Source: a bacterium (lineage in GTDB: Bacteria; Patescibacteriota; Saccharimonadia; CAILAD01; JADZBC01). Taken from it: DNA of 64,000 nucleotides. The first letter of the stretch is position 1, and every line of letters begins with the position of its first letter. This document shows, piece after piece, positions 19,575-30,300 of the stretch. The position numbers and the translations under genes are program-made. Below the pieces are notes generated by a model. The model ran no database searches. It was not told where the DNA came from and saw only the letters and a list, made by a program, of their open reading frames with translations. The stretch spans positions 294 to 64,293 of the forward strand of contig JADZBC010000016.1 in the NCBI GenBank assembly GCA_020852295.1, written 5' to 3'.

Positions 19575-20801
19575 CTATGTAGCCTTGCCGAAGCCAACTC
19601 TATCAGGCACGATATCGGCCCCCAGCCAGCTTGCCCGGCCAATTGCCCTGTTGCCGAAGCGGTCCAGTATCTCATCGCCTGCTCGACTGATAGCCTGACT
19701 ACCCTGCTCGCCAAAAATACTGAGTTGGCCCTCAGGTACTAAATCAAAAAGAGTTAGGCCAAGCCGACGCACCGGCCATAGCCCCCAGTACTGCCTCAAC
19801 AGATCAAAGCTTGCAAGAATAATCTCGTTATCCCCCGTCATTCTCATGGTGCCGCGCGCCACGGCCTTAACCCCTTGATGATATTGGTTGCCACCAAGCC
19901 ACAACATGAGTGATCGTGCGACCATTTCGTGCTGACGAAGCCGACGCCCAGCTTTAGAGGCGAGCTTAGTGAGAACGGTCCGTACACCGCTCTCATCGAC
20001 CAGGGGTTCACCTAAAATAGTCGTCTGGTGACCAATTGAACGAGGCGGTTTAAGCTGCGGCTCGAAGTCCACCTCATAGCCACGCATCCTCAAAAACCAC
20101 TTCTGGCCAACCAAGCCAAAATGACGAACCAAGAAATCTATCGGTGCATGGTACAGATCAAGCGTAGAATATATTCTGACTGCATACAGTCGACGCAACA
20201 TACGATAGTTTATGCCAGTTAACTTCATAAGTGGCAATCCAGCATAAAACCGCTCTAGATCGCTAATTTCCAGTAATTTAAAGCCATTGGGCTTTGCTGA
20301 GCTTGCCGCCATCTTAGCCAACCACATGTTTGTACTGACCCCAATCGAACACTTTATATAGTCACCAACACCATGGGCAAAAGTGCCTTTTATTGCTTTT
20401 TGTAAAGCAAAAATTGATTGTGGACGTCGTGCATATGACGGAATTATGAGGCATGCCTCATCGACACTTTTTGGCAAAACTTTACAGTACGTATCTTCGA
20501 GGATGGTCATTAAACGCCGGCTAATTGATCGATACAGCGCAGCATTGTCACGCACCAACGCAATTTCGGGGCACCGTCGGCGCGCCTCTGCAATGCGTAC
20601 ACCGACGCGAATACCAAGCCGTTTTGCCTCATAGGATGAGGCAATAACTGCGCAACCATCACCAAGACAAGGACAGACTGCCACCGGACGATTACGTAGC
20701 TCTGGTCGAAACTGCTGCTCGACAGAGGCGAAGAAAGCATCCATATCGACATACATCGTACTCAAGGCAGCGGGTGGTTTCTCTAAAAATTGATCTAGCA
20801 T
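19575..20801 (-). CDS. dinB: Y-family DNA polymerase (DNA polymerase IV-like)
   Basis: N-terminal MYVDMDAFFASVEQ catalytic motif and palm/finger regions (SIGVSTNMWLAKMAS). The start could be the internal MYVDMD Met. Confidence 0.75.
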   Translation of the reverse strand: MLDQFLEKPPAALSTMYVDMDAFFASVEQQFRPELRNRPVAVCPCLGDGCAVIASSYEAKRLGIRVGVRIAEARRRCPEIALVRDNAALYRSISRRLMTILEDTYCKVLPKSVDEACLIIPSYARRPQSIFALQKAIKGTFAHGVGDYIKCSIGVSTNMWLAKMAASSAKPNGFKLLEISDLERFYAGLPLMKLTGINYRMLRRLYAVRIYSTLDLYHAPIDFLVRHFGLVGQKWFLRMRGYEVDFEPQLKPPRSIGHQTTILGEPLVDESGVRTVLTKLASKAGRRLRQHEMVARSLMLWLGGNQYHQGVKAVARGTMRMTGDNEIILASFDLLRQYWGLWPVRRLGLTLFDLVPEGQLSIFGEQGSQAISRAGDEILDRFGNRAIGRASWLGADIVPDRVGFGKAT

Positions 20802-20877
20802 ATGAGATATAATACTAGAATAAACCTGTTTTTACAAACAAAATACGAACAGTATTTATGACTCCCCTAGATGGGTT

Positions 20878-22107
20878 CTACTCGTGACGCAGGGCTTCGA
20901 TGGGATTGATATGGCTAGCACGGCGAGCTGGGAAATACACCACCACAAAACCGACAATAGTAACAAACACGAAAGTAGCGGCAATGATCCATGGCTGCAA
21001 GTCAAAGGCTGTAATGCGATCAGGCACTCCCCGGCTCGCCGCCCAGCTATTGAGCACCAAATCAACGACTCGACCGCTCATATAGGCGCCAATCAGGCCG
21101 ATGAGGCCACCAAGGTGCGAGAGCGTAATCGACTCCATGATGAACAGCCGGCGGACATCACGCTGACGAGCACCAAGCGAAATCATCAGTCCAATTTCGC
21201 GAGTACGCTCCAGCAGCGAAATGGTCAGAGTGTTGAACATACCCAAGACAGCGATGATCATGCCGATGCCACCGAATCCAACAAGTATAAAGTTGAACAG
21301 GTTAAATATCTGGTTAATCTGGTCGAGCGTATCAAGTGGCGAACTAGATGTCAGACCAAAAGCCTCGATCTGCTTCTTGAGTTCAGGCACAGACTGTTGT
21401 GATTTTGCCAACACTTTTAATTGACTAGCGTTGACCACTCCTGAAGCAAGAAAACCTTTGCTATCGAGATAAACTTCCGCACCAGAGCCGCTCTCAATCA
21501 CGCCGACGATCTGAGCTGAAAGTGTAATATTCTTCTTAGCCCCAGCTTTGGTGTCATCAACGATTTCAACATTCACATTAAGATCCTTTTGCAGAGCAGA
21601 CTTTGTGTCGCTAATACCGACCGCTTTGAGAAGTGACAGATTCACCAAAGCTTGGCCGTCAGCTAGAGTCTGACCACTCCCCTCGACCACCTTAAGATTG
21701 CCGAGTTCGAGATAATCAGAGTCCACCCCAAAGACAATTGAGTCAGTCTTTGAGGTACCGATATTCGCCCGACCACCAAAATTGTATACCTTGGCCACCT
21801 TCTCAACTTCAGAAAGACTGGCAATGGATTTGACCGTCTCTGGATCAAGCTTAATAACCTTGGACTTCGTGGAGCTTACATCGATCGTTTTAACTGAGTT
21901 TGAGCCCACCACCTGCCGATTGACAAGCTTCTGGAGGCCCAGACCCAAAGAAACGAGAAATACGATAGAGCCAACCCCGATGACGACACCAAGTACTGTC
22001 AACGAGGTGCGCAGTTTCTTGAAAAACAGGTTCTTCAGTGACATATGTGCAAGAATCTGTGGCTTGATCACGCCGCGCAAACGATGGTGCTTGATCATTT
22101 CCTCCAC
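20878..22107 (-). CDS. ABC transporter permease, MacB/FtsX type, with a large extracytoplasmic domain between TM1 and TM2
   Basis: TM1 near the N-terminus, an extracytoplasmic domain of about 230 aa, then three C-terminal TM helices with an FtsX-like LERTREIGLMISLGA motif. Confidence 0.7.
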   Translation of the reverse strand: MEEMIKHHRLRGVIKPQILAHMSLKNLFFKKLRTSLTVLGVVIGVGSIVFLVSLGLGLQKLVNRQVVGSNSVKTIDVSSTKSKVIKLDPETVKSIASLSEVEKVAKVYNFGGRANIGTSKTDSIVFGVDSDYLELGNLKVVEGSGQTLADGQALVNLSLLKAVGISDTKSALQKDLNVNVEIVDDTKAGAKKNITLSAQIVGVIESGSGAEVYLDSKGFLASGVVNASQLKVLAKSQQSVPELKKQIEAFGLTSSSPLDTLDQINQIFNLFNFILVGFGGIGMIIAVLGMFNTLTISLLERTREIGLMISLGARQRDVRRLFIMESITLSHLGGLIGLIGAYMSGRVVDLVLNSWAASRGVPDRITAFDLQPWIIAATFVFVTIVGFVVVYFPARRASHINPIEALRHE

Positions 22108-22895
22108 TACACCCTCCTCTTGCGTTTGACGGGTGATTTTTTGGCATCGATGGCATCTGACATGGTGTTGCGCGCCTTGGTGAGTGTGGCTGATGACGCC
22201 TGATAGTGACCGCTATCTTCGGTCACGACACCGTCCTTTATGCTAATACGGTGATCACTGAGTGGAAGGTACTCGAGGTTGTGGGTAACTAACACTACAG
22301 TGGTATTGAAGTCATCGCGAAACTGCTGCAGCAGGTTCATAACCACATCGCCGTTCTTGGTATCTAGGTTGCCAGTTGGCTCATCCGCAATCAGCAAGGT
22401 CGGACTTACAACAGTAGCCCGCGCCAAGGAGATGCGCTGCTGCTGACCACCAGAGAGGAGCGTCGGGCGGTAATTGGCAAATTTCTCCAGACCAACCCGT
22501 GCGAGACTCAACTTTGCCTCACCAATTGCCTCGCCCTTCGATCGCCCCGTCAAATACAGCGGTAAGGCGATGTTTTCGAGCGCCGACAAAGATGCAACCC
22601 AGTAGTTGCTCTGATAGACCATACCGATCGTGTTGGCACGATAACGAGCCCGTTCGTCGGCGTTGAGCGCGTAAATATCGACTCCATCAACCATCACCTT
22701 TCCGGAAGTTGGTCGCTCGAGGCCAACCAAGACATTGAGTAATGTTGACTTACCCGAACCAGATGGACCGTAGATGATCGTGAAGCTGCCCCGCTTCACC
22801 TCGAAGTTGAGATCACGCAAAACCATGCTGGGACCTTCAGCGGTCTCAAACTGCTTATTAACGTTGGCAAATGATATGAGTACGTCGTCTTTCAT
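22107..22895 (-). CDS. ABC transporter ATP-binding protein (MacB/LolD-like)
   Basis: Walker A GPSGSGKST, signature LSGGQQQR, Walker B LLIADEPTGNLD; overlaps the start of the permease gene. Confidence 0.8.
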   Translation of the reverse strand: MKDDVLISFANVNKQFETAEGPSMVLRDLNFEVKRGSFTIIYGPSGSGKSTLLNVLVGLERPTSGKVMVDGVDIYALNADERARYRANTIGMVYQSNYWVASLSALENIALPLYLTGRSKGEAIGEAKLSLARVGLEKFANYRPTLLSGGQQQRISLARATVVSPTLLIADEPTGNLDTKNGDVVMNLLQQFRDDFNTTVVLVTHNLEYLPLSDHRISIKDGVVTEDSGHYQASSATLTKARNTMSDAIDAKKSPVKRKRRV

Positions 22896-22950
22896 CGATA
22901 GCTAGCTTTTCCCATATTATAGCATAAGCATTTTCGGCAAAGGAGCAATT

Positions 22951-25900
22951 CTAGCTCGAAAATCCAAATATGCGACGGAGGGCGTTAAAGATAATACTAA
23001 GCACACTGTCGGTGGCTCGCCCGACAATTGCCGACTGGGCTTCACCTTGGGTCAGATTTTTTGCCCTATCGCGAGACAGCGGTTGAACCTGATAGACATT
23101 GGATGGCGACAGGTCAGAAATTACCACCACGTGATCAGTTGTCAGCTTGTCGTCTTCAGCGGTTCGGCTCGTAAAGTTGCCACTATTGCCAACCCCGTAT
23201 GCGACCGCCGAAGTTGCCGGCTCATCTGTCTTCCAGGAAACGACGATCTGACCCCGAGCCTCTGAACCGCTGCCCTTCACGGCAACCTCCACTGATATAT
23301 CGCTAATCTTTGGTGAGCGAGTATCAAGCGCCGTACGGAAGTTCTGCTCATCAGATACTGCCGTGTTGCCAAACTCGTCACGAGAACGCGCTACGAGCGT
23401 GTAGTCACTATCGTCAAGCAGACCGCGCACGACAATTTCATGACTGGTGGTCCGGCCTGAGCTCAGCTCTTCAGCCTGTTTCTGCCCTTTTGGCCCATAA
23501 ACTATCTCGGTTGAAGCGGGGACATTTGTGTCCCAGCTAATCTTAAGTGTACTTGATGGCTCGCCGGCAACTGGTCGAAGAGACAGGTTGCTAATCCGTG
23601 GTCGGGCTAACGTCGTGAATGAGTTGGTATTGCCCTCGTACTCATTGCCATCAGCATCGACGCTGTTGATCTTGTAGAAATACTTGGTGCCGTCGTCTAG
23701 GCCATCGAGCACCACCGAGTAGGTACTTTCGTTGGCGGAAGTGTTTATCTTCTTAACGCCGCCGAATCCATCGCTTTTACCGTAGTAAATGATTGCTTGA
23801 GAAGCAGCTTTGACTGTAAAGTTTGTTGTAGCTTTATCTACATTTATCTGGGTTGTGGTGATTTCCTTCACTAGCGGTGCGGGTAGCGTCGTAAATGATA
23901 CTTCTTTACTGATCCCCGTATTGCCATCTTCGTCAGTCCACTTGGTGACAAAGTAGTAGGTAGTGCCCGGCTGGAGGTTGCTCAGCGTTACTGAGTGATT
24001 CGTCACCTGGGCTGAGCTGCCGACCTCTTCGGTGGCGTATTGGCCAGGATTTTTCCCAATCGAAACCTTACTGTCAGACTCACGATCGGTAAACCATACA
24101 ATCGTAGCTCTGCGGTTACCGATGTTCTCAGCGCGTGGCTGGTTAGTATCGGCTGTTAGATTTGCGGGTGAGGTGAAGCGTCCCGATGGCTTCTTGCTCA
24201 CAGTATTGCTCGCCACACTGCAGCTACCGGCATCGTCGCAGGCCTTAACCTGGTAGTAGTAAAGAACCTGACTCAAGCCAGAATCGATAAAGCTGAGATT
24301 GGTCGGCGAGGTTGAGCCTACCTGGGTAAAGTTTACATTGTCAGTCGATCGATAGACCCGATAGCTCGCTATCCCCGCACCTGGCTGTGTAGCTTCATTC
24401 CAGGATAATGCCAACTTCCAGGCCGATGTAGCTCGAATTGATATATCGGACACATCCAGGTTCTGCGGTGGACCCGGCGCCACGGTCGATGCCGAGAAGG
24501 TCACGCTCGCGTACTGAGTGCCATCAAAGTTGCCTGAGAGGTCTCTAGAGGACACATACATCGTGTTTACTCCCTGCTTGGTCGCATAGGCGCCTGAAGC
24601 AAGCTGGGTAATGCCCTCGCCTGTCCAGTTACAGTTGCTGCCATCCGCCGCGATCGGTGTATTGACGCTCCAGCAGTAGTTGATCGTGCCCGTACCGCCA
24701 AACGACATGGCTGGCGGGTCCCAGGTAAAGGCAAAATCATTTGTGCTATTACTACTCGGTGTAACCTGCAGATTTGTCGCGGCCCCGGCTGCTTGGTAGG
24801 TGATGGTGAAAATGAATCCCGGAGGACCCGAGTTAATGATATTGCCCGCATTATCAACCAGCGCAATGATCATACCGTTGATGCCGAAGAGTCCACCTCC
24901 CGCAATGCTGTCGTCTAGGCGTGCAGCATCCGCCACTGCCGTGCTGAGCGTGCCGTCAGTATACGGAAACACATCGCTCGTATCGGAAGCTTGGCCTGAG
25001 GTGTGGTTCTTACCATACCAGTTATTGTCATTCTCGCCGCAGCCTGAAAAACCATCTATCAATCTTGCAACACAGTACTTAAAGCCAGCAATACCAGATG
25101 TAGCATCAAACGATGGCGCCATCGGTAACCAAGTTGCAGATACGATTTTGCTATTTGTAACCGCTTTTGGCGGGGTGACGATTGTAGCGAGGGTTGGGTC
25201 GTCATTGTCATAGCGGAAGCTGATCACAGTCGCTGCGCTCGCCAGGTTGCCGGAGTTGTCGATGGGTCGCACCCCGACATAGTAGGTCGTTCCATTACTG
25301 AGGCTGGCCATTGATGAAATTGCCGCCAGATCGAGTGAAGTGCCGCTAATCGCGTACTCACAGGCGCCACCAGTATTGAGTGGGCTGGGATCCCCAATCA
25401 TATCTTTTGTCAGGCCATCGGGCGTAGTCGTATTTTGAGTGAGTCCAATGCAATAACCACCAACACCACTACCACCAATATTATCGGTGGCTGCCGACCA
25501 GCTCAGGTACGGCTTCTGATTGACCCAGGCATTGTTGGCCAGTGACTGGCCACCGTTAAAACGGTTCATATTGATTGAGCTGAGGATATTTGGCCCGGTG
25601 CTATCATTGCCGTGCTCAATCGTTACGGAGCTGACGGCTGCATCATGGGTACCATCATCAGAGAGCACTATCTGGTATTGCATATACTGCTGGCCAATAC
25701 CATAGCAACTCGAGCTCGTTATCGCGTCTCCGCTTGTCATATTTGAGCAATACCGAAAGTCAGTTGCTCCACTCATATCCGAACTAGCTGACGTACGTAT
25801 CCGAACTGTCTTTATGCCCGATCCGCTTGAATCGTAATTTAGATTGCCGTAGAAAGCATTGGCGCCCATATCAATGACCGATGAGGTCAATGTGCCATAC

Positions 25901-27312
25901 CGACCTGCCTGCCATTGGTAAACTCCTGTCTGCGAGCTGACGGCTGTTGAGCGAGCATACAGATACAGATTGCGGATCTGTATCTGTCGCCAGTCGGTCG
26001 AGAAAAGCAGAGCCGAGTCAAACTGCTGGGTGTTATTCGGGAAGAGCGGTCCAATTTGTGAGTAGTTTGCGCCGTTGTCAGTGCTGTAATACAGCTCTAC
26101 ACCACCGCTCAGCCTATTGATCAAGCGAAAACGCACATAGGCAGACTGACTGAACTGGGGTGAATTCTGCGGTGCAAAGTATGCCGACAGATTAGGGTCT
26201 CCCTCAAATCCAGCAATATTTACTGTTGAAACGTACCATTTCGCATTGGCACCACAATTATTTTGATCAGGTACGAGATTTGTGCCAACAGTTATTTGGT
26301 CATTTGGAGCCGCCGAATTCACGGTAAGCTTGAAATAGTTACCAGGACTGCCTTGCGAACAGTCGTTGAGAGAGCTAAAGTCCTGCCGATAGTCAAACTC
26401 CGTCACAAGATCGGTATCCGATAGACTGTACTGATAGTACGGTGACTGGGCGGTCAGGTTACATGCGGGGCCGGTCGTTGCGACACCACCATTGAAATCC
26501 GTTTCATTGCAACCATACCAGTAAGGGTTACCGTTATTACCGCTTAGTTCGTTAAAGTGATCTGCAAATAACATTGTATTATTTACATCAGAAACTGAAT
26601 TTGCGTTTGCGTTACCAAAATATACATACAAATTTGTGCTACCTTGTGGCAAGCTAGGGATCTTTACATAAACATCGGCCGACTGTCCGTTGTAGTCATG
26701 CGCAAGAAAATGACTGTAGTCTGTATCGCCCGCCTCATTGGTAAATCGTAGGTCTCGAAAATCTGACTGCATTCCGGTATCAGTTGTGATCGTAATTTTC
26801 GCCTGATAATTGGTAAAGGTTTGACTGGCCGTGTTTTTTACCGTGATAAGCTTACGGGCCGTCCAGTTTGTGTCACAATTTGGCGTGTTGCACCAATTGG
26901 CATGGTCAGAGGCACCAATACTCACGCTGCCAGCTGCTGGTACAGTATTATCAGCTTCAGCGTACTGGTTGACCGTGCTGCTACCTACCCCACCCGACCA
27001 GTCAGCTTGAACAAACTGATCAAATGCACCGGCAACTCTGGTGAAACCAATCATGGCAATGAGCGACATACCGATATACATCGCAAAAATACCGACGTGT
27101 ACCTTGTGGTGGTGTCGATGATTGTGCCAGCGGTCATACCAGCCAACTCGCTGACGGATCCGTTGATGTGGCCGATGTACGAGCACATGATGGGCGCGGC
27201 CAACACCATGCACGACCAAGTGAACTACCTCGGCAGGAGCCGCAATAGCATGGTGGGCAATGTGGTTAACTTTTCGCTTTATTCGCTTATGCTTTTTCAC
27301 CATTACCATCAT
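22951..27312 (-). CDS. Giant (1453-aa) N-terminally membrane-anchored surface protein, paralog B: His/Trp-rich cytoplasmic head, DUF2341-like plus LamG-like domains, C-terminal FN3 array
   Basis: His-rich N-terminus, then the TM helix IFAMYIGMSLIAMIGF. Conserved DWSGGVG...AEADN and a W..R..ItI...DlRF...vYVKiP...YYGN block resembling DUF2341. At least four FN3-like repeats at the C-terminus (e.g. PGPPQNL...YYYQVKACD and TLSNLQPGTTYYF). About 50% identical to the upstream paralog. Confidence 0.7.
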   Translation of the reverse strand: MMVMVKKHKRIKRKVNHIAHHAIAAPAEVVHLVVHGVGRAHHVLVHRPHQRIRQRVGWYDRWHNHRHHHKVHVGIFAMYIGMSLIAMIGFTRVAGAFDQFVQADWSGGVGSSTVNQYAEADNTVPAAGSVSIGASDHANWCNTPNCDTNWTARKLITVKNTASQTFTNYQAKITITTDTGMQSDFRDLRFTNEAGDTDYSHFLAHDYNGQSADVYVKIPSLPQGSTNLYVYFGNANANSVSDVNNTMLFADHFNELSGNNGNPYWYGCNETDFNGGVATTGPACNLTAQSPYYQYSLSDTDLVTEFDYRQDFSSLNDCSQGSPGNYFKLTVNSAAPNDQITVGTNLVPDQNNCGANAKWYVSTVNIAGFEGDPNLSAYFAPQNSPQFSQSAYVRFRLINRLSGGVELYYSTDNGANYSQIGPLFPNNTQQFDSALLFSTDWRQIQIRNLYLYARSTAVSSQTGVYQWQAGRYGTLTSSVIDMGANAFYGNLNYDSSGSGIKTVRIRTSASSDMSGATDFRYCSNMTSGDAITSSSCYGIGQQYMQYQIVLSDDGTHDAAVSSVTIEHGNDSTGPNILSSINMNRFNGGQSLANNAWVNQKPYLSWSAATDNIGGSGVGGYCIGLTQNTTTPDGLTKDMIGDPSPLNTGGACEYAISGTSLDLAAISSMASLSNGTTYYVGVRPIDNSGNLASAATVISFRYDNDDPTLATIVTPPKAVTNSKIVSATWLPMAPSFDATSGIAGFKYCVARLIDGFSGCGENDNNWYGKNHTSGQASDTSDVFPYTDGTLSTAVADAARLDDSIAGGGLFGINGMIIALVDNAGNIINSGPPGFIFTITYQAAGAATNLQVTPSSNSTNDFAFTWDPPAMSFGGTGTINYCWSVNTPIAADGSNCNWTGEGITQLASGAYATKQGVNTMYVSSRDLSGNFDGTQYASVTFSASTVAPGPPQNLDVSDISIRATSAWKLALSWNEATQPGAGIASYRVYRSTDNVNFTQVGSTSPTNLSFIDSGLSQVLYYYQVKACDDAGSCSVASNTVSKKPSGRFTSPANLTADTNQPRAENIGNRRATIVWFTDRESDSKVSIGKNPGQYATEEVGSSAQVTNHSVTLSNLQPGTTYYFVTKWTDEDGNTGISKEVSFTTLPAPLVKEITTTQINVDKATTNFTVKAASQAIIYYGKSDGFGGVKKINTSANESTYSVVLDGLDDGTKYFYKINSVDADGNEYEGNTNSFTTLARPRISNLSLRPVAGEPSSTLKISWDTNVPASTEIVYGPKGQKQAEELSSGRTTSHEIVVRGLLDDSDYTLVARSRDEFGNTAVSDEQNFRTALDTRSPKISDISVEVAVKGSGSEARGQIVVSWKTDEPATSAVAYGVGNSGNFTSRTAEDDKLTTDHVVVISDLSPSNVYQVQPLSRDRAKNLTQGEAQSAIVGRATDSVLSIIFNALRRIFGFSS

Positions 27313-27315
27313 ACC

Positions 27316-30300
27316 CTATCCTCCGAACCCAAAGATACGACTGAGCGCGTTAAAGATGATACTGAGGATACTATCTGAAGCTCGACCAACGATGGCAGAC
27401 TGACTTTCGCTCATGGCTTTGTTTCGTGCCTTATCGTACGAGATTGCTCGTACCTGATAGACACTTGATGGCGATAGGTCTGAGAGTACCACGACATGGT
27501 CTTTGGTGAGACGACCGTCTTCTGCTGTCTGCGAAGTAGCTGCCGACACATCCGTACCGATCCCATAGCCAACAGCTGAACTGGTTGGCTCATCAGTCTT
27601 CCAGGAAACGACGACCTGTCCGCGCGCCGATGCTCCGGTACCGCGTACGCCAACCTCTACATTGAAGTCTGATATCTTCGCGGGCCGGGTATCGAGTGCT
27701 GTGCGAAAGACCTGTTGACTTGATGTAGCGAGATTGCCGCTCGCATCACGGGAACGTGCGACGAGGCTATACTCTGTATCGTCCTCAAGATTACGGATGA
27801 TGAGCTCATGCTTGGTCGTAAGAGACGAATTGATAAGATCTTTTGGCGTAGCACCAACTGGTCCATACGAGACTTCGGAAGACGACGGCACGTTGGTCTC
27901 CCACGTCACTCGTTGAGTGCTCGATGGCTCTCCCTCGACTGTGTCAAAACGCAGATTTTGTATCTTTGGCAGTGGCAAAGTCGTGAAGGAATAAATGTTA
28001 CCAAAATACTGATTCCCATCTGAATCCGCCCCGTCGATTCTGAACAAATATTTTGTACCGTCGGTCAATTCAGGGAGTTCGACAGCATAGCTACTTTCGC
28101 GGGTCGATGTATTGAGTGTTTTGATACCACCGAACGTGTCGGTGCGACCGTAGTATATCTTGACAGCACTCGCCGAGCTGACAGTGAAGTTGATCGTTGC
28201 GCGATCAACGTTAATGTTAGTGGCGGCTGCTTCCTTGACGGTCGGTGCCGGCAACGTCGTAAAGCTGACTTCTGGTGAAACACCCGTATTGCCGTCGGTG
28301 TCTGTCCATTTGGTGACATAGTAGTACTTTGTACCTGGATTGAGATTATCGAGATTGACTCGGTGACTCGTGACTTGGTCTGAATTGCCGATCTCTTCAG
28401 TTGCATACTGTCCACTTGTTGTGCCAATCGCAACACGACTGTCTGATTCTCGATCGGTAAACCAGACAATACTAGCCTTTCGCGCTGTTATGTTTTCGGC
28501 ACGCGGCTGGTTCGCATCGCTGGTAAGGTTCGGTGGTGTCGTATACTTACCTGTTGGCTTCTTGCTTGAGATATTGCTTGCTACACCACAAGCATCCGCA
28601 TTGTCACAGGCCAGGACTTTATAATAGTACGTAACTTGGTTGAGACCCGAATCAATGAAGCTCAGGTTACTTGCCGAGGTAGATCCGACTTGAGTGAAGG
28701 TGCTATTGTCGGTTGACCGATAGATCTTGTAAGAGCTAATCCCTGCCCCGACGCTGACCGGCGCATCCCATGACATGGCAAGCCGCCAGGTACTTGTCGC
28801 CTTAATCGAGGCGTCTGCCACATCGAGATTGGTTGGTGCGCCAGGTGCTACCGTACTTGCTTCAAACTCAACCGTCGCAGCCTGGGTGCCATCAAAGTTG
28901 CCGGTATCATCCTTACCAGATATATACATGATGTTAGTGCCCTGCAGCGTTGCATATGGCCCGGCGGCAAGCTGTGTGATGCCTTTGCCGGTCCATTTAC
29001 AGTTACTGCCATCCTGGGCGATAGGCTCATTCACACTCCAGCAGTAGTTAATGTTTGACGGTGCCCCAACAAAGAAGCCCGGCTGATCCCAGCTAAAACT
29101 AAAGCTGTTTGCACTATTTGAGGTGGGGCTGACCGTCAAATTTGTTGGTGCACCGGCAGGGTGCTGCGTAATAAGAACCACTGCGTTGCTGCCATTATTG
29201 GCATTCCATAGGTTGCCGGCATTGTCGACGCCGACATAGTATACAAAGTTCACTCCGACACTAAACGGCCCACCGAGGTCAAGTCGATCGGCATCCGCCT
29301 CACTGGTTGAGGCGATGCCCTCGGCAAACGTAAAAACATCCGAGACGTCATCAATCCGGCCAGAGGTGTGATTCTTGCCATACCAGTTGTTGTCATTTTG
29401 AGTGCAGCCAGAAAAACCAAGATTTGCATTGGTGACGCAGTATTTAAAGCCAGCGAAGCCTGAGTCTGCCTCGATAACATTACCAAGCGTCAGCCAAGTA
29501 GCAGAAAACACCGCGCTATTTGTGGCAGCTGGCGGTGCGTTAAAGAGTGTCTGAACATCTGGAGCAACAGTATCGAGCTTCCAGCTCCGCTGTACAGAAC
29601 CAGTTGAAACATTGCCGGCATAATCAATGCTGCGCAGCGTTATATAGTATGTACTGCCATTATTCATCGAGCCATGACCGACCGAAGCAAGGTCAAGATT
29701 GGTATTGGCCGTAGCATACTGGCAAGCACCACCTGTATTAAGTGGACTTGGGTCAGTAATTATCCCCTTTGTAGTAGCTGGATCGTCGGTATTATTATCA
29801 CCAATATAGACACAGTATCCGGCAACCCCGGAACCACCGAGATTATCGCTCGCAGCATCCCAGCTGATGTATGGATTTTGGGTATTGATCCAGCCACCAT
29901 CTGCTATTGCTGTACCACTTGGTGATTTTTTTACAACGATATTTGCTGGTGTATCTGGAGCGTCCGGATCATCAAGGTACTCAATATCGACACTTTGCAC
30001 CGCGATATCACCACCTGCAGGCTGACTCATGAGTATCTGATACTGTACGTAGGGCTCGTTTGGCTCTACGCAACTCGATGTACTTATCGCTGCTCCCGAA
30101 TTAATAATATTGCAACTATCAAAGCCCTGCGCATCACTCATGTCGGAGTTTTGGGCAGTTCGGATGCGAACACCAACTACCCCACCACCAGATTGACCAA
30201 GAGTTAACGTTCCAAAGTATGGCTTCGTGCCCGCCTGGAAGGTGGCAGAGCTCAATGAACCGATAGCTCCACCCTGAGACTGCTCAAGACCAAAGAGCAC

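Noticed and set aside
20802-20877. Possible LexA/Cheo box (CGAAC half-site) upstream of dinB
   Set aside because: Only one half-site (CGAACAGTATTTAT) is present; there is no palindromic partner.
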